Source: Faecousia sp. (GTDB taxonomy: Bacteria; Bacillota; Clostridia; Oscillospirales; Oscillospiraceae). Taken from it: DNA of 64,000 nucleotides. The notes beneath the pieces were generated by a model. The model saw only the letters and a list, made by a program, of their open reading frames with translations. It was not told where the DNA came from and ran no database searches. The position numbers and the translations under genes are program-made. This document shows positions 47,440 through 57,419 of the stretch, in pieces. The stretch covers positions 25,088 to 89,087 of the forward strand of contig JAZRIT010000062.1 in the NCBI GenBank assembly GCA_045645385.1. Direction: 5' to 3'. How positions within the stretch are numbered: position 1 is the stretch's first letter; the number at the start of each line of letters is the position of its first letter.

Positions 47440-48036
47440 ATGGTAGAAGAATTAAAAAGTATGGTAGGAAACGACGAAACCATTCTGTACGAGGGAAAAC
47501 CGGACAAAAGATGTTTTATTTTTGAAAGCATCTTCAATCCTCTTTTACCGATTGCAATTATTTGGGCAGTCATTGACCTTGGGTTTCTGGGCTTTGCGGA
47601 CGGGGGTTTTCAGCCCATCCTAACACCCTTTATGTTGTTTCATATGATGCCGGTATGGATCTATCTATCCGGTGTTATCTTCTCATTCAGGAAATACAAA
47701 AACACATATTATATCGTTACGGATCATGCTGTTTATATTTCCAGCGGAATTTTTACAATGAATCTTGAGGCAAAAACATTTGCAGAACTGTCCCGTGTAA
47801 ATTTGCACAGAGGTGTTTTTGATCAGATGTTCCATGTAGGTGATATTCAAATCACTACAAATCAAATGACAAATAAGAATATGCCTGCTATCCTTCGCAT
47901 CAATAGCATTTCGAACTATGCAGAGGTATACCAGCTTGTGAAAAAGCTTCAGAAGGATATCTATTCGGACATTATGTATCCCAACGATTTAAGACCCCCG
48001 GAAAACCACGGATACAGAACAAAATATCGCAGATAA
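47440..48036 (+). CDS. Membrane protein with bacterial PH-like domain
   Basis: Two TMs, then YIVTD..GIF...FDQMFHVGDI pattern; AT-rich. Confidence 0.7.
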   Translation: MVEELKSMVGNDETILYEGKPDKRCFIFESIFNPLLPIAIIWAVIDLGFLGFADGGFQPILTPFMLFHMMPVWIYLSGVIFSFRKYKNTYYIVTDHAVYISSGIFTMNLEAKTFAELSRVNLHRGVFDQMFHVGDIQITTNQMTNKNMPAILRINSISNYAEVYQLVKKLQKDIYSDIMYPNDLRPPENHGYRTKYRR

Positions 48037-48094
48037 ATCTTAGTAAAATACGCTATAAAACCAGCCGCTGACCGTTCGGTCGGCGGCTGCTGTT

Positions 48095-48859
48095 TTATTT
48101 TTGGCAGGCGGCGAGATAGGATCGGTAGATATCGTAGCCGTAGAGGATATTCTCCGCGCTGTGGCAGTCGGAGGAGAAGATGACCTTCTTGCCTGCTGCC
48201 AGCCACCGGCGCAAAATATCTTCGGACGGGTACGGCTGGGCGGTATAGCCCCGGGCCATTGCGCCGGTGTTTACTTCCAAAACTGCCGGCGTATCCAGCA
48301 AAGCGTCCAGCGCCTTTTGGGCCGCCGCCTGATACCGGGGGTGTTGGGGGTCGAACAGGTCGCCCTCCCGGTTAAATTTGGCAATAATATCAAAATGGCC
48401 GATGATCTGACACCGGGTCTTGCGGTACACATCCGCCACCGCCCGGTAATAATCCTCCGCAAAGCCGTAGAAATCTCCGTTATAGTACTGCTCCACCGCG
48501 GCGATCTGGGTTTCCTTGCTCTCGTCCACGGACAGATACTGCCCGTCCTTGTGCACATAATGGACAGAGCCGATCACATAGTCATACCCTGCCGTAGACT
48601 CCGGGGAATCGTAATCCTGTTCCACGCCCAGGAGGATTTTGATCCTGTCCCCGTATTTTTTCTGCACGGCCTTTACGGCCTCGATATATGCCCGGGTGCT
48701 CTCCTGCGACATACAGAAGCTGCCGTCAAAGGGCGTGTAGGAATGGCCGGAAAAGCCGATGGCCGGGCAGCCTAAGCGAATGGCTTCCTGCACCATTTCC
48801 TCCGGGGTGTTTTTGCCGTCGCAAAACCGGGTGTGAGTGTGATAGTTGGACGGGATCAT
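48095..48859 (-). CDS. hisK: Histidinol-phosphatase (PHP family)
   Basis: NYHTHT, GFSGH, IGSVH, GHFD, SSDCH; last gene of the his operon. Confidence 0.85.
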   Translation of the reverse strand: MIPSNYHTHTRFCDGKNTPEEMVQEAIRLGCPAIGFSGHSYTPFDGSFCMSQESTRAYIEAVKAVQKKYGDRIKILLGVEQDYDSPESTAGYDYVIGSVHYVHKDGQYLSVDESKETQIAAVEQYYNGDFYGFAEDYYRAVADVYRKTRCQIIGHFDIIAKFNREGDLFDPQHPRYQAAAQKALDALLDTPAVLEVNTGAMARGYTAQPYPSEDILRRWLAAGKKVIFSSDCHSAENILYGYDIYRSYLAACQK

Positions 48860-49506
48860 TTGGTCATTTTCTCCTGCTTGACCTTGTGGTCAATGATGTG
48901 CCGGGAGGCAAGCTCTCTGTGGACATCCTCCACGGTGATACCCATCTGCACCATCAGCACCATTGCGTGATAGGCAAGGTCTGCCAGCTCATAGACGGTC
49001 TCCTTCTTATCGTCGGCCTTGCCGGCAATGATGACCTCGGTGCACTCCTCGCCCACCTTCTTCAGGATCTTATCGATACCCTTTTCAAAGAGGTAGGTGG
49101 TGTAAGAGCCCTCGGGGCGCTGCTCGTTTCTGCCCACCAGCATATCGTAAAGCCCCTGCAGGCTGAACTCCTGCAGCTTTTCGCTTTCCCAAAGGGTATT
49201 GGTAAAGCAGGAATCGGTGCCTAAGTGGCAGGCCGGGCCATCCTTTTCCACCATCACCACCAGCGCATCGCCGTCGCAATCAGCAGTGATGGACACGATG
49301 TGCTGATAATTGCCGCTGGTCTCGCCCTTGAGCCACAGTTCCTGCCGAGAGCGGCTCCAGAAGCAGGTCAGGCCCTTTTCCATGGAGACTTCCAGGCTTT
49401 CTCTGTTCATATAGGCCACGGTCAGCACCTTTTTGGTGACGGCATCCACCACCACAGCGGGGATCAGACCTTTTTCGTCGAATTTCAGTTTGTCAATGGA
49501 GAACAT
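48856..49506 (-). CDS. hisIE: Phosphoribosyl-AMP cyclohydrolase / phosphoribosyl-ATP pyrophosphatase
   Basis: WLKGETSG, DCDGD, GPACH..SCF, KKVGEE. Confidence 0.96.
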   Translation of the reverse strand: MFSIDKLKFDEKGLIPAVVVDAVTKKVLTVAYMNRESLEVSMEKGLTCFWSRSRQELWLKGETSGNYQHIVSITADCDGDALVVMVEKDGPACHLGTDSCFTNTLWESEKLQEFSLQGLYDMLVGRNEQRPEGSYTTYLFEKGIDKILKKVGEECTEVIIAGKADDKKETVYELADLAYHAMVLMVQMGITVEDVHRELASRHIIDHKVKQEKMTK

Positions 49507-49507
49507 A

Positions 49508-50266
49508 TTATAACCTCACAATAATATCGTTGTTTCTGAGCTGCCGCTTGAGATCCGGGATCTGGATCTGTCCGAAATGGAAGACAGAGGCCGCTAAGGC
49601 CGCGTCGATGGTGGGAATGGCCCGGAACAGATCGGTAAAGTGCTGCACTGAGCCTGCGCCGCCGGAGGCGATCACCGGCACATTCACCGCGTCGCACACC
49701 GCCCGGAGCATCTCGATATCAAAGCCTTGCTTCACGCCGTCGGTGTCGATGGAGTTGACCACCACCTCACCTGCGCCCAAAGCCACGCCCTTTTTGATCC
49801 AGCTAATGGCCTCCATACCGGTATCCTCTCTGCCGCCCTTGGCAAAGACCCGGAACTGGCCGTCCACCCGCTTGATATCCGCCGACAGCACCACGCACTG
49901 GCTACCGTATTTTTGGGCGGCATCGTAGATCAGCTGGGGATTGCGGATAGCGCCGGAATTAACGCTGACCTTGTCCGCGCCGCATTTTAACACCCGGTCA
50001 AAGTCCTCCACCGTATTGATGCCGCCGCCAACGGTCAGAGGGATAAAAATTTGGGATGCCACCTGGGTCAGCACATCGGTAAAGAGCTGCCGGCCCTCGG
50101 AGGAGGCGGTAATATCATAAAACACCAGCTCGTCCGCGCCGTTGTCGGAATACAGCTTTGCCAGCTCCACCGGGGAGGACACATCGGAAAGACCTTGGAA
50201 ATTGGTGCCTTTCACCACTCTGCCGTTTCTGATGTCCAGGCAGGGAATGATGCGTTTTGTAATCAT
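49508..50266 (-). CDS. hisF: Imidazole glycerol phosphate synthase cyclase subunit
   Basis: RIIPCLD, VVKG, GADKVSVNS, IASGGAG. Confidence 0.96.
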   Translation of the reverse strand: MITKRIIPCLDIRNGRVVKGTNFQGLSDVSSPVELAKLYSDNGADELVFYDITASSEGRQLFTDVLTQVASQIFIPLTVGGGINTVEDFDRVLKCGADKVSVNSGAIRNPQLIYDAAQKYGSQCVVLSADIKRVDGQFRVFAKGGREDTGMEAISWIKKGVALGAGEVVVNSIDTDGVKQGFDIEMLRAVCDAVNVPVIASGGAGSVQHFTDLFRAIPTIDAALAASVFHFGQIQIPDLKRQLRNNDIIVRL

Positions 50267-50976
50267 TTTGCCACCTCCAAAGCTTCCGCCAGGTCGATTG
50301 CGCCGGTGTAATAGGCCTTGCCGATGATAGCGCCGTAGATGTCCATTTTCCGCAGCTGACGGATATCCTCCATAGTGGACACGCCACCGGAGGCGGTGAT
50401 CTCCAGCCGGAATTTTTCGGAAAGCTGCCGGTACAGTGCCAGGTTCGTGCCCTGCATTGCGCCGTCCTTGGAAATGTCGGTGCAGATGATATTCTTCACG
50501 CCGATTGCCTGCATTTTCTGCAAAAAGCCTTCCAGAGTCACGGCAGATTTTTCCAGCCAGCCCTTAATGGCGATGTAGCCATCCTTCACATCCGCGCCCA
50601 CGGCGATCTTGTCACCGTAAGCAGCAACCGCTTCACGCAAAAATGCTTCGTCATTCACTGCCGCCGTGCCCAAGATCACCCGGGACACACCGGCTTTTAA
50701 GTACCGCTCTACCGTTTCCATACTGCGGATGCCGCCGCCGATCTCCACAAAGAGGGAGGTTTCCCTGGCCACCTGCTCCACAACGGAAATATTGGGGGTC
50801 GTGCCGTCCTTTGCGCCCTCAAGGTCTACCATATGGATATGGGTGCAGCCCTTATTCTCAAAATCCCGGGCGATCTCGATGGGGTTTTCGCTGTAGACGG
50901 TCATATTGGCGTAATCCCCCTTGTAAAGCCGCACGGCTTTCTTTTCATACAAATCAATGGCAGGAAATAAGATCAT
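50263..50976 (-). CDS. hisA: ProFAR isomerase
   Basis: PAIDL, HMVDLEGA, GGGIR, TDISKDG. Confidence 0.96.
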   Translation of the reverse strand: MILFPAIDLYEKKAVRLYKGDYANMTVYSENPIEIARDFENKGCTHIHMVDLEGAKDGTTPNISVVEQVARETSLFVEIGGGIRSMETVERYLKAGVSRVILGTAAVNDEAFLREAVAAYGDKIAVGADVKDGYIAIKGWLEKSAVTLEGFLQKMQAIGVKNIICTDISKDGAMQGTNLALYRQLSEKFRLEITASGGVSTMEDIRQLRKMDIYGAIIGKAYYTGAIDLAEALEVAK

Positions 50977-51593
50977 ACCCCATCCTCCCTTTCGCAAAAA
51001 GCCCGCAAAATATTAAGGCCCACTTCGCCGCTTTTTTCCGGGTGGAACTGGCAGCCCATCACATTGTCTTTTTGCACCGCAGCGGTGACGGCCCTGCCGT
51101 ATTCGGCGGTAGCCACCACGCTTTCCGCGCTGGGGTCCACATAGAAGGAATGGACAAAGTACACGCAGTCCCCCTCCTTGATATAGCGCAGGAGCTTGCT
51201 GTCCTTGCAGAAAGACAGGGCGTTCCAGCCGATGTGGGGGATCTTCAGCCCGGCAGGGATCGTACCCTCCATACCGATGACGCTGCCCTTCAGCAGGCCC
51301 AGGCCGGTATGCTCACCGAATTCATAGCTTTTCTCGAACAGCAGCTGCATACCAAGACAGATGCCCATAATCTCCTTACCCTGGGCAGCCTGCTCTAAAA
51401 TGACTTTGTCCAGACCGGAGTCCCGCAGCTTTTGCGCGGCATCGGCAAATGCGCCTACGCCGGGCAGAATGATTTTGTCGGCCTTGCGGATCGCCTCCCC
51501 GTCGGAGGTAACAACAGCATCCGCGCCGATGCGCTTTAAGGAAGAACAAAGGGAAAACAGGTTTCCCACACCGTAATCTACAACTGCGATCAT
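50973..51593 (-). CDS. hisH: Imidazole glycerol phosphate synthase glutaminase subunit
   Basis: LPGVGAF, GICLGMQ, QFHPEKS. Confidence 0.96.
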   Translation of the reverse strand: MIAVVDYGVGNLFSLCSSLKRIGADAVVTSDGEAIRKADKIILPGVGAFADAAQKLRDSGLDKVILEQAAQGKEIMGICLGMQLLFEKSYEFGEHTGLGLLKGSVIGMEGTIPAGLKIPHIGWNALSFCKDSKLLRYIKEGDCVYFVHSFYVDPSAESVVATAEYGRAVTAAVQKDNVMGCQFHPEKSGEVGLNILRAFCEREDGV

Positions 51594-52180
51594 CCCAAGA
51601 TCCCCTTTGTGGAAGGAATTTCATTGGCAAATGCCTTGTCGATGGCCACGGCCTTTTTCATGCTCCGGGCCAGGGACTTGAAAGTGCCCTCAATGATATG
51701 GTGGGAATTGCTGCCGGCTATTTGGCGGACATGGAGGGTCAGGCCCGCATCCCGGGCAAAGGCAATCAAAAACTCCTGACACAGCTCGGTGTCGAAGTCA
51801 CCCACCTTTTCCGTGGGGATATCCAATGCGTAATAGCAACCGCTGCGGCCGGAGATATCCACCGCCGTTAAGATAAGACTTTCGTCCATGGCCAGGGTGG
51901 TATCACCGTAGCGGACGATGCCCTTCTTATCCCCCAAGCCCTGGGCAAAGGCCTTGCCTAAGCAGATGCCCACATCCTCCACGGTGTGGTGATAATCCAC
52001 ATGGGTGTCGCCCACGCAGGTAATGTTCAGATCAAACCGACCGTGCTTGGCAAAGAGGGTCAGCATATGGTCTAAAAATCCGCAGCCGGTGCGGCAGTCG
52101 GACAGGCCGGTGCCGTCTAAATTGAGTTTCAGAGAGATATCGGTCTCTGCGGTGGTGCGCTTTATCTCGGCAGTTCTCAT
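51590..52180 (-). CDS. hisB: Imidazoleglycerol-phosphate dehydratase
   Basis: FLDHML, HHTVED, NSHHIIE, PSTKG. Confidence 0.96.
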   Translation of the reverse strand: MRTAEIKRTTAETDISLKLNLDGTGLSDCRTGCGFLDHMLTLFAKHGRFDLNITCVGDTHVDYHHTVEDVGICLGKAFAQGLGDKKGIVRYGDTTLAMDESLILTAVDISGRSGCYYALDIPTEKVGDFDTELCQEFLIAFARDAGLTLHVRQIAGSNSHHIIEGTFKSLARSMKKAVAIDKAFANEIPSTKGILG

Positions 52181-52181
52181 A

Positions 52182-53240
52182 TTATGCCTCCAGAATTTCT
52201 TTGATCGCTACAATGAGTGTTTCCATCTGGGCCATAGTGCCCACGGTGATGCGGACGAAGGGGGCAATTCTCTCTTTGGTGAAGTGCCGCACCAGTACGC
52301 CCCGGCGCTTTAGTTCCTTATACAATTTCTCGCCGTCAATGCGGTCAGATTTTGCAAAAAGGAAGTTGGCCTTGGAGGGCAGCACGGTAAAGCCTAAGGC
52401 TTCCAGCTGCTCCTTTGTCCACCGGCGGTTTGCCATAATGGTCCTGGCGTTTTCCTTATAATAATCATCCTCTTCCAAGGCCGCCACACCGGCAAACTCC
52501 GTCATTCTGTTGACATTGTAGGGGTTGGTGGAGTAGCGGAGGGTGTTCAGGTCGGCAATGAGCTTTTCATTGCCGATGGCAAAGCCCAGCCGGGCACCGG
52601 CCATAGACCGGGACTTGGAGAAGGTCTGGATCACCAGTAAGTTCTCGTAAGCATCCACCAATTTCACCGCGCTTTCCCCGCCGAAATCCACATAGGCCTC
52701 GTCAACGATCACCACATTGTGGGGGTTACTCCGGACGATTGCCTCAACATCCGCAAGGGGCAGGCACAGGCCGGTGGGGGCATTGGGATTGGCAATGACC
52801 ACCGTCTTGCCGATAGCCATATAGTCCGCCGGGTCTATGGAAAAATCCTCTTTCAAAGGGATTTGGGTGTAGGGAATATGATTTAATTCCGCAAACACCG
52901 GGTAAAAACCGTAAGTAATGTCCGGGAAAGCCAAGGGCGCTTTCTCGTCGGCAAAGGCCATAAAGGCAAAGTTCAGCGCCTCGTCAGAGCCGTTGGACAC
53001 CAGCACCTGCTGTGGCTTCACCCCGTAGGCTTCAGCTAATTTTGCCCGCAGGGCGGTGCTTTCCGGGTCGGAATAGAGTTGGAGTCTGCCACACTCCGCC
53101 GCCACCGCAGCGGCTACTTTGGGAGAGGGCGGAAAGGGCGATTCATTGGTATTCAGCTTCACATATTGCATATCTCTGGGCTGTTCGCCGGGGGTGTAGG
53201 GGGTCAGAGAGGCAAATTTATCTGTAAAATATCTGCTCAT
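52182..53240 (-). CDS. hisC: Histidinol-phosphate aminotransferase
   Basis: KLNTNESP, NPNAPTG, DEAY, TFSKS..GARLG. Confidence 0.95.
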   Translation of the reverse strand: MSRYFTDKFASLTPYTPGEQPRDMQYVKLNTNESPFPPSPKVAAAVAAECGRLQLYSDPESTALRAKLAEAYGVKPQQVLVSNGSDEALNFAFMAFADEKAPLAFPDITYGFYPVFAELNHIPYTQIPLKEDFSIDPADYMAIGKTVVIANPNAPTGLCLPLADVEAIVRSNPHNVVIVDEAYVDFGGESAVKLVDAYENLLVIQTFSKSRSMAGARLGFAIGNEKLIADLNTLRYSTNPYNVNRMTEFAGVAALEEDDYYKENARTIMANRRWTKEQLEALGFTVLPSKANFLFAKSDRIDGEKLYKELKRRGVLVRHFTKERIAPFVRITVGTMAQMETLIVAIKEILEA

Positions 53241-54520
53241 TTTTTATCCTCGAATCGAATGGTCGCGCTCTTGGCGTGGGCGTCCAGGCCCTCCTTGTGG
53301 GCAAAGAATGCGATCTTGTCTGCCACGGCCTCCAAAGCGCTTTGGGTATAGTAAGTAAATTGGGTCTTCTTCACAAAATCGTCCACAGACAAAGGGGAAG
53401 AGAACCGGGCCGTACCGCTGGTGGGCAGGGTGTGGTTGGGGCCGGCAAAATAGTCGCCCAGGGCCTCGGGACAGTACTTGCCCATAAAGATCGAGCCTGC
53501 GTGCTTGACCTTATCTAAGTAATCAAAGGGGTTGTCCACGCACAGCTCCAGATGCTCCGGGGCGATCTGGTTGGCAATGTCGATGGCCAGCATCAGATTA
53601 TTCTCGGCCACGATGATCTTGCCATTATTGTCGATGGATGCCCGGGCAATTTCCGCTCTGGGCAGCTGCGGAATCTGCAGCTCTAATTCTTCACTGACCT
53701 TCTCGGCAAAGGCCCGGCTGTCAGTGACCAGCACCGCGCTGGCCATCTTATCGTGCTCGGCCTGGGACAAAAGGTCTGCCGCCACATAGCGGGGATTGGC
53801 GGTGGAATCCGCCACCACCAAGATCTCGCTGGGACCGGCGATCATATCGATGGACACCCGTCCGAAGACCTGCTTTTTGGCCTCTGCCACATAGGCATTG
53901 CCCGGGCCGACGATCTTATCCACCTTGGGGATACTCTCCGTGCCGTAAGCCAGTGCCGCCACCGCCTGAGCGCCGCCCACCTTGAAGATGCGGTCCACGC
54001 CGGCGATTTTCGCCGCTGCCAAAATGACCGGGTTCACCTTGCCGTCCTTGCCGGGCGGGGTCACCATCACGATCTGGGCGCAGCCGGCGATCTTGGCGGG
54101 GATAGAATCCATCAGCACCGTGGAGGGGTAAGCCGCCGTACCGCCGGGGACATACAGACCCACCTTTTCAATGGCGGTCACCTTTTGGCCGATGACCACG
54201 CCGTCCTTTTCATTGAGAATGAAGCTGTTGCGTACCTGCTTTTCGTGGTAGGCCCAGATATTGGCAGCAGCCTCCCGCAGGATCTCCAAAAATTCCGGCT
54301 CCACGGCAGCAAAGGCTTCGTCGAGCTCTGCCTGAGTCACTTCCAAGGCGGTCAGATTTACCTTGTCGAACTGGGCTGCGTAATCAAAGAGGGCCCTGTC
54401 GCCCTGCGCTGCCACGGTGGCGATGATCTCACTTACCACGCCCTCCACATTGGCAGAGATATTGTCCCGGGCGAAGATCTCGTCATTTGACACCTGCCCA
54501 TAATTATAGATCTTAATCAC
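53237..54520 (-). CDS. hisD: Histidinol dehydrogenase
   Basis: YVPGG, GPGN, AGPSE, QAEH, APEHL, GPNHTLPT. Confidence 0.97.
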   Translation of the reverse strand: MIKIYNYGQVSNDEIFARDNISANVEGVVSEIIATVAAQGDRALFDYAAQFDKVNLTALEVTQAELDEAFAAVEPEFLEILREAAANIWAYHEKQVRNSFILNEKDGVVIGQKVTAIEKVGLYVPGGTAAYPSTVLMDSIPAKIAGCAQIVMVTPPGKDGKVNPVILAAAKIAGVDRIFKVGGAQAVAALAYGTESIPKVDKIVGPGNAYVAEAKKQVFGRVSIDMIAGPSEILVVADSTANPRYVAADLLSQAEHDKMASAVLVTDSRAFAEKVSEELELQIPQLPRAEIARASIDNNGKIIVAENNLMLAIDIANQIAPEHLELCVDNPFDYLDKVKHAGSIFMGKYCPEALGDYFAGPNHTLPTSGTARFSSPLSVDDFVKKTQFTYYTQSALEAVADKIAFFAHKEGLDAHAKSATIRFEDKK

Positions 54521-55142
54521 AATTATTCACCTGGTTTCTTACTTGATCCAGCAGGCTTTCGATCTGCTGGCCCTTGAATTGGAAGCTTGCCTTATTGGCG
54601 ATGAGTCTTGCGCTGATGGGCAAAATCGTCTGCATCACCGCCAGGTTATTTTCCTTTAAAGTCGTACCTGTTTCCACAATATCCACGATCACATCGGACA
54701 GACCCAAAATGGGGGCAAGCTCAATAGAGCCGTTGAGCTTGATGATGTCGATCTGCCGGCCGATGCCTGCATAGTAAGCAGCGGCGATGTTGGTAAATTT
54801 GGTGGCCACACGCAAGGTGCGGTTTTCATTATCCCGGAAGTCTGCCGGGGCAGCCACCGCCATACGGCACTTGCCTAAACCCAGATCCAGCAGCTCATAC
54901 ACATCCGGCTCGTATTCCAGCAGAATATCCTTGCCGGCCACGCCGATATCCGCCGCGCCCCGCTCTACATAAATGGCCACATCCGAGGGCTTGACCCAGA
55001 AGTAGCGCACCTGCTTTTCGGTGTTCTCGAAGATCAGCTTCCGGTTGTTTTCCTTGATGGAGGGGCATTCAAAACCGGCGGCCTCGAACATGGCGTAGAC
55101 CTTTTCGCCCAGCCGGCCCTTGGGTAGTGCAATATTCAGCAT
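54513..55142 (-). CDS. hisG: ATP phosphoribosyltransferase, short form
   Basis: ALPKGR, VATKF, DIVETGTTLKEN; 209 aa. Confidence 0.96.
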   Translation of the reverse strand: MLNIALPKGRLGEKVYAMFEAAGFECPSIKENNRKLIFENTEKQVRYFWVKPSDVAIYVERGAADIGVAGKDILLEYEPDVYELLDLGLGKCRMAVAAPADFRDNENRTLRVATKFTNIAAAYYAGIGRQIDIIKLNGSIELAPILGLSDVIVDIVETGTTLKENNLAVMQTILPISARLIANKASFQFKGQQIESLLDQVRNQVNNCD

Positions 55143-56233
55143 AATGCGCCCTCCTTTGTCAGCTTCAAAAGTGTCCGGTAGCGGAGCTTCTGGGGGATGC
55201 TTCTCTGGGTGCTGACGGTCTTACCCTGGCTTGTCAGCTCTGCCACCGCCTTGGCAACCGCCATTTTGTCAGCATCCTCCTCATAGATCAGCAGCACATC
55301 TACATCATATTCCGCGTCCTCCGCAGGCAGCTGCTCCAGCAGATCCAGATATACCGCAAAGCCAACCGCGCCGGAGCGCCGTTCCAGCTTCTGCATCAGC
55401 TTATCGTACTGACCGCCGGCCAGCACGCTCTCAAAAATGCCGCTTAAGTACCCTTGGAACACGATGCCGTTATAGTAATTCATATTGTTGACCACGGAGA
55501 AATCGAAGATGATCTGCTCGCCCCAGGGCAGTTGGTCAAGAAGTCGGGACAGTGCTTTCAGCTCCTGCAAAGCCTCCTGTCCGCAGCCCAGGGCCTCCAG
55601 CTTTTCCAGCACCTTGGTGCGGGGGCCGTAGGCGCTGACCAGCTGGGTAAGCAGCGTATCCTCCACCCCGTATTCCCGGCAGATCCGGGACAGGTCGTGG
55701 GGATTTTTGCTTTTCATACAGCCGATGATCTTCTGCCGAAAGATCTCGTCCGGGCAGATTTTTTCCAAAACCGCGGACAAAATGCCCAAATGGGAGATCT
55801 GCAGCACGAAATCCTTGGAGATCAGCGCAAGACTTTGGGCAGCCAGGGAGACGGTCTCGAAAATATCGTACAGGTCGATATCGCCGATGCACTCCAAGCC
55901 CGCCTGCATAATTTCCTTGAATTGGTGAGTGTTCTCAGAGACCCGATAGACATTCTCATTATAATACACCTTTTGCTTGCAGCCGGGGATGTCCTCGCCG
56001 TTTTTGATAATGGACAATGTCACGTCCGGCTTCAGGGCCAGCAGGCGGCCATTGGTATCGTTAAAGGTGATGATCCGGTCGCTGACCAAAAAGTCCTTAT
56101 TCTGAATGTAATACTCATAGGACTCGAACTTGCTCATTTTATAGGGCAGGTAGCCGTACTGCCGGTACAGCGCCCGCAGGGCAAATACGGCCTTTTCTTC
56201 GTTTTTCAAGATCTTGGTGTCAAGCATCGTCAT
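55136..56233 (-). CDS. hisZ: ATP phosphoribosyltransferase regulatory subunit
   Basis: LKPDVT, QAGLECIG, YYNGIVF, GGQYD; precedes the short hisG. Confidence 0.92.
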   Translation of the reverse strand: MTMLDTKILKNEEKAVFALRALYRQYGYLPYKMSKFESYEYYIQNKDFLVSDRIITFNDTNGRLLALKPDVTLSIIKNGEDIPGCKQKVYYNENVYRVSENTHQFKEIMQAGLECIGDIDLYDIFETVSLAAQSLALISKDFVLQISHLGILSAVLEKICPDEIFRQKIIGCMKSKNPHDLSRICREYGVEDTLLTQLVSAYGPRTKVLEKLEALGCGQEALQELKALSRLLDQLPWGEQIIFDFSVVNNMNYYNGIVFQGYLSGIFESVLAGGQYDKLMQKLERRSGAVGFAVYLDLLEQLPAEDAEYDVDVLLIYEEDADKMAVAKAVAELTSQGKTVSTQRSIPQKLRYRTLLKLTKEGALC

Positions 56234-56519
56234 TCTCCTTATTCAGCCGGGCGATCACGTTCTTATATCCCCCCGCGCCGTACTCATAGCTGCGGCTGAC
56301 ACGGCTGATGGTGGCCGTGCTGGCGCCGGTCTCCTTGCAAATGGTGGTGTAGCTGATGCCCTGGCTGAGCATTTGGGCCACCGCCAGCCGCTGGGAAATG
56401 TCCTGAATCTCCTTAATGGTGCAGATGTCCTCCAAAAACGCATAGCATTCCTCTTTGGTTTGCAGGGAAAGTATAGCTTTGCACAGATCCTCTGTGTTTT
56501 TGTTATACCAGTTTTGCAT
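56220..56519 (-). CDS. YerC/TrpR-like repressor (HisR)
   Basis: EDICTIKE, QRL, TGASTATISRV; first gene of the his operon. Confidence 0.88.
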   Translation of the reverse strand: MQNWYNKNTEDLCKAILSLQTKEECYAFLEDICTIKEIQDISQRLAVAQMLSQGISYTTICKETGASTATISRVSRSYEYGAGGYKNVIARLNKENDDA

Positions 56520-56535
56520 AGGCTACCTCTTTCGG

Positions 56536-56592
56536 CACTTTACTGTGCTAATGTGATAAAACAGATTATACACCATTTATATAAAATGTCAA
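56536..56592 (-). promoter_or_regulatory. his operon promoter and HisR-type operator
   Basis: Minus strand TTGACA(56592)-16 nt-TATAAT; imperfect 20-bp palindrome CACTTTACTGTGCTAATGTG at 56536-56555. Confidence 0.75.
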
Positions 56593-56653
56593 TAGCCATT
56601 TTCCTTGCTTTTACAAGAAAAAAGCCGCCTGTCGACGGCTTTTTGCGTTCTTA

Positions 56654-57313
56654 TCAAATCAGCTGCTGCTCGTTGATGATGAGCTTGAACTGCAGGCCCA
56701 GCTTTTCCGCTGCCTTGCGGCACAAGATCATACGCTGCAGAAAAATTTCAAAATACTCCATCACCGAGCCGAATTGGGTATCGACGGTGAGCTTCAGCTT
56801 TACAAGGGTCTTGTCCTCGTTGATTTTGAGTGCAGATTTTTTCACAGAATAATTCACCCGGTCGTGGATATCGAAGGTGGACAGATCCTGATTTCTTACA
56901 CGGCTGCGGCGCACATCGGCCTTGTCCGCCAGGATCATAGCGGCGGCCACCGCATTCACGGGTACGCCCGTGCCCTCATCGTGGTTGCCGATGGCGGTGA
57001 CGATGGTGGCCATCTCCGCCGGATCGCAGCCCATATCGTTCAAAATGCTCCAGGCCATCACCGCGCCGGACTGGGAATGGTCCTTGCGGTTGACCAGGTT
57101 GCCGATATCGTGGAGGTAACCGGCAATTTTCGCCAGCTCCACGGTGCGTGCATCATAGCCTAAGGTCTGCAGAATATAGCCGGCGGTCTCCGCCACGTGC
57201 ATCACATGGGCAAAGCTGTGCTCCGTATAACCCAATGCGCCCAAAGACTCGTCCGCCCGGATGATATAGGTGCGGATAGCCTCGCTTTTTGTAATCATCT
57301 CATAGGTCAGCAT
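56654..57313 (-). CDS. HD-domain phosphohydrolase
   Basis: EH, LHDIGN, NHDE, ADK. Confidence 0.85.
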   Translation of the reverse strand: MLTYEMITKSEAIRTYIIRADESLGALGYTEHSFAHVMHVAETAGYILQTLGYDARTVELAKIAGYLHDIGNLVNRKDHSQSGAVMAWSILNDMGCDPAEMATIVTAIGNHDEGTGVPVNAVAAAMILADKADVRRSRVRNQDLSTFDIHDRVNYSVKKSALKINEDKTLVKLKLTVDTQFGSVMEYFEIFLQRMILCRKAAEKLGLQFKLIINEQQLI

Positions 57314-57419
57314 TTGCTTTCCTCCTTTGGGGGATCTTTTGCAGTTTATTGTACCATATTCGCAGCAGTATTGCAACAGCACCGTTCCGTTTTGGAACGG
57401 TGCTGCGATCTTTTGGAAA

